DNA of 63,496 nucleotides, filler included, from Octopus bimaculoides (GCF_001194135.2; 3 parts of 3 records of this genome joined end to end with filler, not necessarily neighbours in it); one strand, 5' to 3'; counted from the first letter of the whole stretch, positions 1-11,850 are shown. Numbers and translations are program-made. Notes: generated from the sequence alone by a model not told the origin.

Positions 1-104
1 AAGACACCTGACGAAGGCTGGAGGGTATATCAGCCGAAACGTTGTGTTAACAACAAACAAGATGAGGACGAATATCCGTCAAATGTAGATAATGTAAATA
101 ATGT
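1..104 (+). mobile_element. Probable Penelope-like element terminal-repeat fragment, truncated by the window edge
   Basis: Carries the minimal hammerhead and ends in (TA)n; no coding part is visible. Confidence 0.4.
3..48 (+). ncRNA. Minimal type I hammerhead ribozyme motif (Penelope-like element type)
   Basis: Stem I GACAC(3-7)/GTGTT(44-48, one G-U); core CTGACGA (8-14) plus an extra A; stem II GGCTG(16-20)/CAGCC(31-35); GAAA (36-39); palindromic ACGT in place of stem III; predicted cleavage after T43. Confidence 0.6.
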
Positions 105-524
105 ATATATATATATATATATATACCTGTCTTTAATGCAATTTTTATTGTCTTTCATAATATGTAGGGTAATCACTAGATGAATCTATACACTCTTTGT
201 CAGAGATTTTGCACAGAGGTTGTAACACATGTGTCAGATTAACCTCGGAAAACATATCTCTCACTTGACCAAGCACTGGCATTGGTGCATTATAAATGTG
301 GTTATCCAAGTGATTCAATCCATTCCACCGTTTCTAACATTCGTATATATGGATATCGGTGACCGCTTGTGATATGATTCAGAATTAGGAATGTGTGCGC
401 GTGCATCTATAGTGTGTCGTGAGAGTTTAACGTATATGGACATATATTATGCAGTGGTAAAAATTTCACCTGAGGCTGAACTTAATAAATTGACAATGTG
501 TATATATTCTTTTATTAGTTTCAG

Positions 525-554
525 CAAGTGGATTTGAAAATGCTAGGACACCAT
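525..554 (+). CDS. Candidate 30-nt micro-exon (SGFENARTP)
   Basis: Polypyrimidine tract and TTTCAG acceptor, GTATGT donor; open in the phase 1-1 frame. No homology recognised. Confidence 0.25.
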
Positions 555-719
555 GTATGTTACGAAATTAATAAATACATGTATTAGTGTAACGCTTCAC
601 AAGAAGGGGAGTTATCTTGACGTTTCGGAGAAAACACGGAGAGATGAAAAAATAACAATAGTATCAAAAAGAGGAAATTTTTGTCTTTCAATGAAAGAAA
701 ATAAGTTAAGAACGTGGAG

Positions 720-771
720 ATATACATACATACACACACACGCGCACACACACACACACACACACACATAC

Positions 772-826
<55 letters not shown>
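720..826. repeat. Compound (CATA)/(CA)/(TA) microsatellite
   Basis: Direct inspection. Confidence 0.95.
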
Positions 827-828
<2 letters not shown>

Positions 829-1439
829 TGCATGAATTTGAAGTATACACGTATATTTTGAAAAAGTGAGCGATAGAAGTGTGTGCGCTTCTCACGATTT
901 TAATTAGGATGCCTATAAACAAAACCGAGAAATATAAATAAATAAATAAAACTATATCGTATTTGAATGTAAATTATAATTAGAGAATAAATCTCTAAGA
1001 AAAATTATTATGGCTGCTATTTGCATAAATATAGATAGTCAAATCAGTGTTATTATGTTTGATGCCATGAGCTTTAAAAGTAGAAAGATGCGGCGATGAA
1101 AATACAATATTCATTCATAACTTGTTTTATATATCTCGACAGGTACATCAAAAGAGACTGACAGTATATATACCAGGCTTTAAGAAAATCAGAACTTGGG
1201 TCGATCCTTGAAGACGGTGCTCTAACATGGCTAAAGTTTAATGACTGAAATAAGTAGAAGGTGAAAGGTACGGTTGCCAACTTTGTGCATCTATAATAAT
1301 AAAACAACATTCTGTTTTTCCGTCTGTAACCTCTGTATCTCAGTCTACATTTGCTCTAAGTAGACATATTATACGCTTTTCGAATCAGGATGATCCCACG
1401 TTTGAAAATATGCCCTTCATTTGTTTCTTGAACATCCAG

Positions 1440-1484
1440 CATTGAGATATGATTTTAAAACATTTGGGCTGCAATTTGTAGCAG
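1440..1484 (+). CDS. Candidate 45-nt exon (LRYDFKTFGLQFVA)
   Basis: TTTGTTTCTTGAACATCCAG acceptor, CAG/GTAAAC donor; only one open frame (phase 1-1). Confidence 0.3.
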
Positions 1485-1892
1485 GTAAACTTTGGCTGAT
1501 CCACGCCATCTTGGTTAGTATTTGTCAAATGACGTCAGAGATCAAGGGGGAAACAAATGACACTTGTTTCGTTAAATTTACGTCGCAATAAGTTGGGACA
1601 AATTGGCCAGCAGTTGAAATTCAACTTTGGACCGCATGATTGCATTACGAAATTGATTCTCATCTTAACCTCTGAATTTAACCTCTAATCTTAACCTCAC
1701 TTTAACCTCTCATCTTAACATCTGATGATACACCAATGGGGTATATAATCATTATAGACGTATTATAGTCATGCTATTTAGCCCTTTAAGTTTTCAGCCG
1801 TAGGCCCAATTAACCCTCTGTAGGAGCGAGCTCAGAAGTTCGCACGGAGTGCGGTTTTTAAACTAGTGTTTAATAATTATAAGCAAATAGAA

Positions 1893-2105
1893 GGTGATGA
1901 GGTAGCAGAATCGTTAGCACACTGGACACAATATTTAGCGGCATTTAGTCGTTCTTTTCGTTATGAAATAAAATTCCGGCGAGATCGACGTTACCATTCC
2001 TTCTTTCGGAGTCGATAAAATAAATAACAGTTCAGTACTGTGGTCCATGAGATGGACTTACACCCTCCTCCGATAATGCTGACTTTCAACCGAACTTTGC
2101 AAGCA
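1893..2105 (+). mobile_element. tRNA-derived SINE family A, degenerate
   Basis: Head GCAGAATCGTTAGCAC and core TTCTTTCGGAGTCGATAAAATAAATAACAG, matching copies at 5967, 6189 and 42925. Confidence 0.8.
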
Positions 2106-3379
2106 ATAATTATGAATATATGTGTTTCTGTGAATGTATCAATGTATCTGAATGTATTACATAGAATTTAACATATACATTAAAAAAATATGTATGCTCA
2201 ATGGCAGTAGCGCATATTGGTGAAGCAGCCATGGGCCCCTAACGTCGCCTATTGTTATTGGAAGATGTGTAAGGCTCTTTTTGTTAGTCAGTTTGAGTAA
2301 CGAGATGACAATAGATAAATGGATGTGACAGCATACTTTCACAAATTCATAACAGAATAAAGTATATAGAATGAAGAAATACATTAACTAAGAAAAGTAT
2401 TAGTGATGATATCACATATTTTGTGAATCAGCATAACTAAATCGAAGTTTAACCTAAACCATATACGGAAAATAAATAACTTACTGTGAGACATTATTAA
2501 AAACAACATCAGCATAAGAAAATAGTTAAGTCAGTATTGCTATGTTTAATGCCATAACTTCAAAACTAGAAACAACTGTGGTGAAACGAAATAAAGTATT
2601 TATTTACAACTTACATTATTTTGAATATTTCGCCAACAAAGGTCTAAATTTGTACTTGTTTAATAATTAAAATAATTTTAATCATTAAGTAAAATGGTAA
2701 TTTGCTCAGCTCATAATTAGTTGCAATCAGCATTTTAAAGCTCACTGTAATAACTAAACTTTATTACTCTTTCCCACATGGGTAGTGGCCATGATAACCC
2801 ATTAGTTTAACCTCTGAAATATGCTGGATTTCACAGTTTCACGTTTATAGTATTATGTATCATTATTATTTCGAGTGGAAAAGTTTACTCCATGCTTCGC
2901 AGAAGGGATGCAAACACATTTGGAATTTTTACTCCTTTAGTTGATGCTTTCATTAAAATAATTTACTTATCTAAATCTCATTGCATTCGTTCTTAGCTGA
3001 GACATCATCTTCTAACGATTATGACCTCGTAGCTTGTACAACGCTTTCCATAGTTGATTTAGCAGCCTAAAGTGTCTCGAAGACACACAAATAGCCTCTC
3101 AGCTGTTTCACCTTCGTCACAGCAATATATGAAGGACGCATCAGCTAATGAAACAGAATAGCACAAACAAATTATTTCAAACATTTCCATTTGAGTATGC
3201 TAGCGAAATATGAAATTCAGTTCTTTGTTCAAAGGGTGCGACACATCACTCTGTCCAACAATCGAAACCACGACCGTACGATTGTGAGGCCAACACTCTA
3301 ACTACTTAAGACACTTGCTTGCATATGATAACACCAATGTTATCGCTGTCTTTCATATGGTTGTTGGACCCGAATACTT

Positions 3380-4000
3380 TCAGTAATTTATTCTCCAAAA
3401 TGTTATTCTCGTAGATGCTTGTGTACTAAATTTTTCATCTACTTAGTGATACTCTGTTGACAAATAGAGTGGTCTAAAAATGACCAGAGCATGTCCCGTA
3501 ATATCTTCCATACTTGCCGATATAATTAATATACTTTTAGCGATTTATTAATATTGTCTTTTCCGCGCAGCATAATTATTTTCAATTAGACTTTTAATGT
3601 TCGCCGCATGAAATTTGATGACAATAATTTGTCTGTTGAATTTATTTAGCCTTCTATTATTAAATGGAGAATATTTGAAATTATTTATACTTTTTCCTGC
3701 AACTTTTATCGATTTGAAAATGTCTGGAAGTTTCAAATTTGTCTTTAGGGGAAAGAAAGAATTTCCATACGCGTTTATTGAAGGGTTATTCATCTTGCCA
3801 TCTTAATGTAAGTGACCTCTTCTAACTTACGATGAGTTCATCTCCATTAAGTGTCCATTATAAATATTCAGTCCAGTTACTTTAGGATCGAGTAAAGTTT
3901 CTAAACATTTGAAGTATTTACTGTAGTGTTCAATTCTGTCTTTCATTGTTATTTCCTACGATTTCTATATACATACAGTGTGAGCCTATTTATCCCTTAC
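3380..4000 (-). pseudogene. Highly decayed RTE-clade reverse transcriptase fragment
   Basis: Minus-strand IKVAGKSINNFKY resembles the RTE motif GIKIAGRNINNLRYADD; surrounding frames are broken. Confidence 0.35.
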
Positions 4001-4345
4001 TCTTCAAATGTTATAGATACAGTACTTGAATATCCGTCAAAACTAGGTTTATCTTCTATCACGTATTTCTCCATTCATATATATATGACTTGTTGATATC
4101 AGAATATAATGTAGAGTTGATGTGGCAACCCCCTAAAACTAATATATTTCTATTTTAAGTACGAAAGAGAATTTTTCTTGCACATTTCTTCACAATGTGA
4201 CAGTGGGTGCTGCAAACTTCTATTAGAAAATTTTTCCTTACAACTGGAGATCGGTTATGTTTGCACTTGGCACAGTTTTGATGGTATTATTTCTCTAAAA
4301 TTCCTTGTATTGATATGTAGATGTGACTTGAATATCAGAGATGCT

Positions 4346-4366
4346 ATCTATCTATCTATCTATCTA

Positions 4367-4434
<68 letters not shown>
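4346..4434. repeat. (TCTA)/(TC)/(TA) compound microsatellite
   Basis: Direct inspection. Confidence 0.95.
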
Positions 4435-4438
<4 letters not shown>

Positions 4439-5277
4439 TGCATTTTATAATAGTTGCTACCCAATGACCACGCGTTATATATTATTGGTTGGAGATGATG
4501 ATTTTGCAACATGTGCTGTTATGGTAATGCTGGTGGTGTAATTATTACAAAAGAACTGTTTGAGGCAAGCGTAGGCTAAAAAGCACGATTGCAATCCACC
4601 GCATAGTTTTATGTGCATGTTAATGTGTAGCACATTGGGAACGTGCTTTTACCATATATTTATCTCAGTTTAAAATATATGATAGCAGTAAATTAAATAG
4701 AATTTGCCTCAAAGACAGTGAACGGGTTGTATCTCTTTTTGATTAGTAGACCCAAATCGTAGCCCATTTATACTAGAGCTGTTCGGTGGTTCTTTGTTAC
4801 TTAAAACAAAGTCCACTTTGTTGCGAGCATTTGGACAAGGATTCCAGTTCAAGCATAACTCATGATTTATGGTTTCGTCTTTGTTTTCCTCTAACAATCT
4901 CGAGGGAACGCTGAGGTAATATTTCATCGTAGTTAGCTTACGTCTATAAACCAGTCATAAAAAAAAAATGCGTGTCCTGTAAGATGGCCCGACTGTCTAC
5001 TAGGCGATAACATTTAACTTTGATAGTTTAGCTATTTTTTTTAGAAGAAAAGAGTGAGAACAATTGAAGATTATTTTGGGCAAATCCAAGCATTAATCAA
5101 TATCTCTCAGTATATATGACTGCTTGCATAAAATGAAAGAATATAAAAACAACTATAGCATATTTGTATCTTTAAGAAAACAACATACCTATATCTTAGG
5201 AATATATTCATTCGTTTATTTATTCATTCTGTTATTCATCTCATATAAAACTTCAAGCACTTAATATCACTTCTCAG

Positions 5278-5347
5278 GTTTACTGCTTTTGGTGTTAATC
5301 ACTTGTTTGCTACTAGCCCACATGCTTTTAGCTAAATCAAATTCACC
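5278..5347 (+). CDS. Candidate exon encoding a hydrophobic segment (LLLLVLITCLLLAHMLLAKSNS)
   Basis: CACTTCTCAG acceptor, GTAACT donor; only one open frame (phase 1 start). Without splicing it reads through to TAA at 5349-5351. Confidence 0.3.
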
Positions 5348-5404
5348 GTAACTACTGAAGCTAAACAAAAGAGTAAAAGAAGCAAATATATATCAATTTT
5401 ACAG

Positions 5405-5459
5405 TGTTTCAGATTCTTCATGCAGTGAAAAGTTTCTACCATTTGAAACATGCTTACAG
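5405..5459 (+). CDS. Candidate 55-nt exon (VSDSSCSEKFLPFETCLQ)
   Basis: TTTTACAG acceptor, CAG/GTAAAC donor; phase-compatible with 5278-5347 across a short 57-nt intron. Confidence 0.25.
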
Positions 5460-5966
5460 GTAAACTTTACTAGTAAAATTTTTTTACTGAGTACAAATAT
5501 ATCAATGAAAAAGAATACTAGCCATCAATCATTTGACCTTTTCTCACCGGCCTCCTATATTAGTCATTGCGATTCTTGGCATGGTAATACAATTTTATAA
5601 AATGATAAAATATATGAATTCAGAAGTTTTAATAAATTGGTATGTTCCTCGCATGTTGGAAAATTTATTCCTAATTTGAGAATTTGCATTATCGTTCGGA
5701 AATTTTTTACAACTTATCGATTTATCATAACTGTAAGATGTTCCTTAGATATACGTATTGCTTCTATTTTATTTATTGCGACATACATAGGAGTAGCTCA
5801 TATTTTATTGAATTCACTTCTTTCAGAACATTCTTGATATTACTCGATAAAAATTTAGATGTTTCCTATGTAAGTAGCTGAATTCCTTTCACCGGTTTCA
5901 TTGCTATAAGCTTTCATAATTGAGTTTTCGTGGGTATATAAATGCATCAATATATACACAAACGAA

Positions 5967-6188
5967 GGTGGCGAGATGGCAGAAACGTTTGCATTCCGGG
6001 CGAGATGATTAACGGTATTTCGTCTACCTTTACGTTCTGAGCTCAAATTCCACCGAGGTCAACTTTGCTTTCATCCTTTCGGGATCGATAAATTAAGTAC
6101 CAGTTACGCACTGGGGATGATGTAATCGACTTTGTCTGTCCTTGTTTGTTCCCTCTATGTTTAGCCCTTGGTGAGCAATAAAGAAATA
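5967..6188 (+). mobile_element. SINE family A, tail type 1
   Basis: A-box-like TGGCAGAAACGTT, B-box-like GAGCTCAAATTCC, core TTTCATCCTTTCGGGATCGATAAATTAAGTACCAG. Confidence 0.9.
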
Positions 6189-6380
6189 AGAAACATTAGC
6201 ACGCCGAGCGAAAGGCTTAGCGGTATTTCGTCTGACTTTACGTTCTGAGTTCAAATTCCGCCGAAGTCGACTTTGCCTTTCATTCTTTCGGGGTCGATAA
6301 ATTAAATACCAGTTGCGTACTGAGGTCGTTATAATCGACTGCCCCCTCCCCAAAAACTCCTGTGCCTAGAGTAGAAAAGG
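6189..6380 (+). mobile_element. SINE family A, tail type 2, abutting the previous copy
   Basis: GAGTTCAAATTCCGCCG and CTTTGCCTTTCATTCTTTCGGGGTCGATAAATTAAATACCAG; lacks the first ~12 nt of the head. Confidence 0.9.
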
Positions 6381-6479
6381 ATATATACATAAACAGCTCA
6401 ATAAATCAATCACTGAAACATGGAAACAAATAAAAATTTAACTGGACATACAGATAAGTAAATAGAGCAGCAAATCGAC

Positions 6480-6502
6480 ACACAGACAGACCAGACCAGA
6501 CC

Positions 6503-6553
<51 letters not shown>

Positions 6554-6586
6554 CAGATAGACAGATAGATAGATAGATAGATAGAT
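6480..6586. repeat. (CAGAC)/(GATA)n microsatellite at the LINE 3' end
   Basis: Direct inspection. Confidence 0.95.
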
Positions 6587-6839
6587 TTCTTTATTAGACA
6601 CGAACGACCGAACACAGAGGGAATACAATGCAGAATATTTCTTTTCAAAAACGATCAAAAGGGATCGAAAACGTTTGGGGACGTGTACACAAGGAAATAA
6701 CAAAAGTGTCGTTTTTAACAATTAGAGTTCTCAAAAGGTGGAGTAAATATAATATTGACAAAGTTTATCCCTGGAAAGAAAAACCTACGAAAAAGAACCA
6801 CGGTAATCTCGTTAACGAACAAAAGTAAACAATAACGAA

Positions 6840-9800
6840 AGCAAAGCGTTCTTTTTCTCTTTGCTTTCTAGGGTCATGGTCAAGTTAGTTCCGTCATTCA
6901 TGCGTACCACCCTTGCTACATTCGCTCATCTTTTGTTAAACTTTTCATTAGACAAAACTTCCCTCTCTATACTCACCTTCCATTCCAAGTGATATTTGAA
7001 AAAGTTGTTGTTGATGTGAGGAAAGTGTATGTCTCTAAACCTTTCACACGAGTCCACCATACATATTCTTTCACCATTGCCACTGGTACAATGTAAGCTG
7101 CCTCGCCTTCCCGGTTAAAGGAAGATGGCGGGGCAATATTCACGATAGACTCGGCTGATAACCGAATTTGTTCCACACGTGACAGCAGCCGTTCGACATA
7201 GGCCAACAGGTCTGAAATGTTTGGACATTGTATGAGTGCGAGAACGGTTTCGTCGCTGTTACCGTATTTCAGGCAGATCGATCGGTCCGCTGTTTCTTGA
7301 ACGGTGTCGCTGAAGCTTACCCCGATCGGGCAATGCTTCACTGGAAATTGTCCATAGGTCCTGGCCCGAAAGTGGTCCTGAAGAGGCGAGTTAGGTACTC
7401 CTCATCGACGCCCAGAGTCTCCCCAAGAACGTCATCACACCTCCCCTCCACTAATCCTCTATAGAACGTCTTCGTGGAATTGAAGTCGCACAAGTTTGAT
7501 CCCGGGTAGCAGAGTTGCTGGAGAACATGGCGACACGCGCGGTGCCATTCGCGCAGCCTCGGTTACTGCTTAATCCATGAAACGCTAGAGATGTCGCAGT
7601 CTCAGCGCATGTCTGCGCATCATCAACCACAGCATACCCAGCCCTCCATTTAGCGATTGTTGGCAGCAAATAGATCGCTTGACCATCGGAACGCTTCCCT
7701 TCCACAAAAAGCGGAAGAATATGCGTTTTAGTTTCGTGATGGCAGGGTCAGGACGAGGCACAACAGTTAGATGGTAGTAGATGACGGATGCGATGTGCGT
7801 ATTCACCACCTCATACCGACCTTTTAGAGACAGCTTCCCCTCGGCCCATTGCTGGGTGAGAGTGGCCACTCTACTCGTTATTTCTTCCCAGTTTTTCTTC
7901 ATTTGGAGGTCTGGACCAAACGAGACACCGAGCAATTTAACCGGTCCGTCGGTCCAGTGTCCCACGATGGAGACGCTGTTGGACTGCGTGGGCTTGCTTC
8001 TCCAGGTGCCGAGTCGCAAGACCACTGACTTTTCCGGGTTAATTTTCGCTTTGTTACCGCTTCGTATTCTTTTAGTGTCTCGCCGATCGGGTAAATATGT
8101 CTGTGGATCGACATTGTGACGGTGGCATCGTCTGCGTATGAAGATACGCTCCTCTCGCATCCCAGTTCTCGCGCGATGACCCTCAGCGTCGCCAGCTTCT
8201 TCAGTAGTGGCTCTAGAGTTAATATATGCAGAAGTGACGAAAGAGGGCATCCTTGACGGACCGAACGCGTGATGTTAAATGGTCTAGATAGATGTCCATT
8301 TACGCAAACTACCGACGGGCTGCCGGTGTATAAAGAATCGATCCAACCGCGGAAGACTGGCCCGAAACCAGCCGTCGGAAGGACAGCCTCCAAATATCGA
8401 TGGTCAATTCTATCGAAAGCTTTTGATTAATCCAAATTGATCAGTGTCCCACCCATGCCAGGTTCCTTAACTACCCTGTTTATGACGTAGGGCATGAGAT
8501 GGAGATTGTCATGGATACATTTTACCGGCACGGCACATGTTTCCGCCTTGTCGACCAGTTTCTCGATGACAAGCGCCAACCACTCGGCTAGCACCTTGGA
8601 CAAAATTTTCAGATTTGCGTTGTGCAGAGTGATGAGCTAGAAATCATCTATATCGTTCCACTTCTTTGGATCTTTCTTTAGCAGTGTCACCGCTCCTCGG
8701 CTCACAAAACTGGGGATACACCCGTTTTGCTGCCAGTTGCAGTAGACTGCTGCCAAGACGTCTCCAAAAAAGTCTGACATATGACAATAAAAGCTCATAG
8801 GACCGCGCAGCCTGCCATCGTATTCGTACATCAGCGGCTGTAATGGAACTTTCACAACATTCCAACTCTTTTGCCGAGAGTCGTGGCAGGCCAAGCAGGT
8901 AGGCATCACCCTGCGTTCTGACACACCAGTTGTGCCAAACAGTCGGGCAAAGTCTTGCTGAAAAGCCTCAAACATTCTTTCGGGCTTGAGTAATTTGCGC
9001 CCTTGTTCATCCATCAAAGACCGAATGGTGGCTTTGTTGCTTTGTTGCGTCTCCGCCACCTGGGCCTCTCGGGTGGCTGAAATTCATTCGTTTCTGAGGG
9101 CACACATCCTAGCTCTGACGACGCAACTTTAGTGTTTGGCGTTGAAGTGTTGGTCAAGGGCCAACCTCGCCGCCAGCACGTTGAACACGATGCCACTTTT
9201 AAGTGCCTCCTTTAATTTCTTTACTAGGTCTCCCTCTATTCTATTTCGATCTATCGCTAAAACCTTGCTATCCCTAATCGATTCTGCTTTGATTGCCCTC
9301 TTTAGAGCAAACCACAGTTTATTGCTGACAATAGCTCCCGTCAATTCCCTCTTAACTAATGTGCTAATCCGGTCTCTGTAAGCCTGTCGCTCCGGGAACG
9401 ACGCGTTCAGCTTCCAATAAACGGAACCCTGCCTATGATTCTTATCTAAGTCGAGCGAACAAGTCATGAATTTGTGATCGGTGTAGCTGACTATGTGAAA
9501 CTGTGAACAACCTACACTATCCTTATCCACTGTCCTACAGAATACTCTATCTAAAAACTATTTGGATTCACGCGATGCGGTTGGTCCATGCCCACATTAG
9601 CACATTCGGTTAGTCCAGTCGGTACCTGTCAGACAGTTGGAAACGTCGGAGCAGGTCTATGAGGCATTTGCAACTTCTTCTTTTCGTATTTCTACCTACA
9701 TAGTCTAAATGCGTGTCTATAGTATCATTCCAATCCCCCACTAAAAGTAAAGGTCGAGACGTTCCTAGGAAACTATTAGTCGGAAAGCACACCCATTACT

Positions 9801-10115
9801 GTCATCGACATCCAAGACGACAAGCTTACCCTCCTGGTCTAGGAATATTGCCCTTACTTTCAGATCCAGAGTCTTTCGAAAGAGCACCGCAGTACCACCA
9901 ACGTTCATTCTTGACACACGGGAAAACATAAATATCGAATTGTCTGCCGAACATATTCAGGAGGGCCAGCGGGCTGGAGAGTTTGGTTTCGCTGATGGCT
10001 ATGATATCTACATTTTGTGACTTAATGTCGTTTAACACGCAACCACAAGGTTGCGTGTTAAACGACATCAAGGCTACCCCAAGCCACTCACATTTATACT
10101 ACTTATCCTGAGCAT
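6840..10115 (-). pseudogene. LINE ORF2 (APE endonuclease-reverse transcriptase), multiply frameshifted
   Basis: Start MLRISSINVSGL at 10115; DIIAISETKL, LVGDWN, YWKLNAS, GAVTLLKK, VRQGCPLSSLL, YADD, LSLKGR, CLKY..ETVLALIQCP across ORF-track fragments. Confidence 0.9.
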
Positions 10116-10299
10116 GAACCTGACGAAAGTTGTGTTTCAGACACAAAAAGAAAACAGAAAATAGGGAAGAGTAACTGTTCGAAAGTTGAGGATTTTCTTC
10201 CTCAGTTTCTGTGAGGAGATTTTTGTTTAGTTTTTTTAGACAATTTTTTTTTTGAAATCTCCCTACTGCATTAGGGTAGAGAAGTTTTATTAATTTGTG

Positions 10300-10840
10300 T
10301 GTGTTTTGTGTGGTGTGTACTATTTTTATGTACTGTGGTGGTGTTGTGTATGGGTGTTTTTTTTATTTTGAAACTGTTTTCTGTTATGTCAGTGTGCGAC
10401 CTGATGTATTGCATTAGGTTCAAATTGATTGTGTTGATCGCGGTTGGCATTGTTAGTGTTTATATGTTTGTAGTGTCGGTGCTGGTGTTGTTGCTATGTG
10501 TGGGAGTTTTGTTGTTTGGAATGGTGTATCTTCCCGCTTTGTTTGATTGAGTGGGTGTTCTTTTTCCCTCTTCTTTTTCTTCTTCCCCTTTTGGTCATTT
10601 GCCATTCGACCGTGTTGTCTTCATCAGACGACATGTTGGAGGAATCAGAAAATGAGAGAGGAAGGGTATTGGGGTCGATTTGTGAGTGTGTTACTGTTGA
10701 TGTTATTGCTGTTGTTAGAATTGGTTGGTGGCTGTTGGGATGTGATATATAAGGCGAGACGACGGTTTTTTAATGTTGTTTTAACTGTCCAATTTTTCCG
10801 GTCTTGGTTTGTATTTGCTACCTTGGAACCCTCTGTTTAG
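10300..10840 (-). pseudogene. LINE ORF1 C-terminal low-complexity remnant
   Basis: Minus translation SSDEDNTVEWQMTKRGRRKRRGKKN in Thr/Asn/His-rich context directly upstream of ORF2. Confidence 0.5.
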
Positions 10841-11148
10841 TGTGTTAATCCACTACTCTGGAAGTAACTATTCTAAGAGTGCGTCCTGCCTTATCTTCAA
10901 AACGCCTAGTTTTAGAACAGAGGCAGCTGATGAAGGAATAATTCCATAAGTGGCTTGTTTGTATTCCTATGTGTTCGTTCTGTTGTCTGTAAACAAGGTC
11001 CGTTTTGTTTTTATGTCCCGTCCATTTTTCTAACGTCCTGTACCCGGATATGCATCTATATATACATGTAAATGTAGGTATGTACATATATGTATGTATA
11101 CATGCATATGCTGATATGTCATTTGTATTATATATATAGATATATATA

Positions 11149-11185
<37 letters not shown>

Positions 11186-11403
11186 ATGTATGTATGGATG
11201 GATGGATGGATGGATGGATAGCATAGGCTTTAAACGTAAAAGCCTTTCTCACCCTTCTGATCGTCAAACTCATACACCCGCTTCTTGTTTATACACCTAT
11301 CTTCGTCTTTTGTTTTTCTGTAAATTTCAACTATGTGTGTGTGTGTGTGTGTGTGTATGTGTGTGTGTGTGCATACATATGTATATATACATATATATGT
11401 TTG

Positions 11404-11446
<43 letters not shown>

Positions 11447-11724
11447 ATANNNNNNNNNNNNNNNNNNNNNNNNNNNNNNNNNNNNNNNNNNNNNNNNNNN
11501 NNNNNNNNNNNNNNNNNNNNNNNNNNNNNNNNNNNNNNNNNNNNNNNNNNNNNNNNNNNNNNNNNNNNNNNNNNNNNNNNNNNNNNNNNNNNNNNNNNNN
11601 NNNNNNNNNNNNNNNNNNNNNNNNNNNNNNNNNNNNNNNNNNNNNNNNNNNNNNNNNNNNNNNNNNNNNNNNNNNNNNNNNNNNNNNNNNNNNNNNNNNN
11701 NNNNNNNNNNNNNNNNNNNNNNNN

Positions 11725-11850
11725 CGACTCGGCAGAAGATTCTGATAGAATAAGTACTAGACTTACAAGAATAAATCCTGTGATCGATTTTTCCGACCAA
11801 CTGTTCCAACATGGCCGCAGTTACATGTCTGAAACAAGAAAAACAATTAA
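11725..11850 (+). mobile_element. SINE-like family B, 3' part
   Basis: GATAGAATAAGTACTAGACTTAC...CATGGCCGCAG...CTGAAACAAG; related to 30740, 34095, 52270 and 61780. Confidence 0.7.

Larger units (their letters stand above)
6586..10840 (-). mobile_element. Tx1/L1-type non-LTR retrotransposon, decayed and probably 5'-truncated
   Basis: ORF1 remnant, ORF2 with APE endonuclease, RT and C-terminal Cys motif, ~250-nt 3' UTR ending AATAAAGAA then (ATCT)n on the minus strand. Confidence 0.9.

Noticed and set aside
145-333. Stop-free 62-residue minus frame (KRWNGLNHLDNHIYNAPMPVLGQ...)
   Set aside because: Weak acceptor, no recognisable family, and a length expected by chance.
1410-1589. Globin-like pattern LFLEHPALRYDFKTF...HAILV in a plus frame
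   Set aside because: In-frame stops lie just upstream with no usable acceptor before LF, there is no proximal His, and the frame ends early; likely coincidence.
10600-10627. Minus-strand CTGATGA-A-GAC/GTC-GAAT hammerhead look-alike
   Set aside because: It lies in LINE ORF1 coding sequence (SDED..VEW), has GAAT rather than GAAA, and lacks stem I.
10927-10950. Second hammerhead-like core CTGATGAA-GGAA/TTCC
   Set aside because: GAAA is replaced by ATAA and no stem I partner is evident; at best a dead relic.
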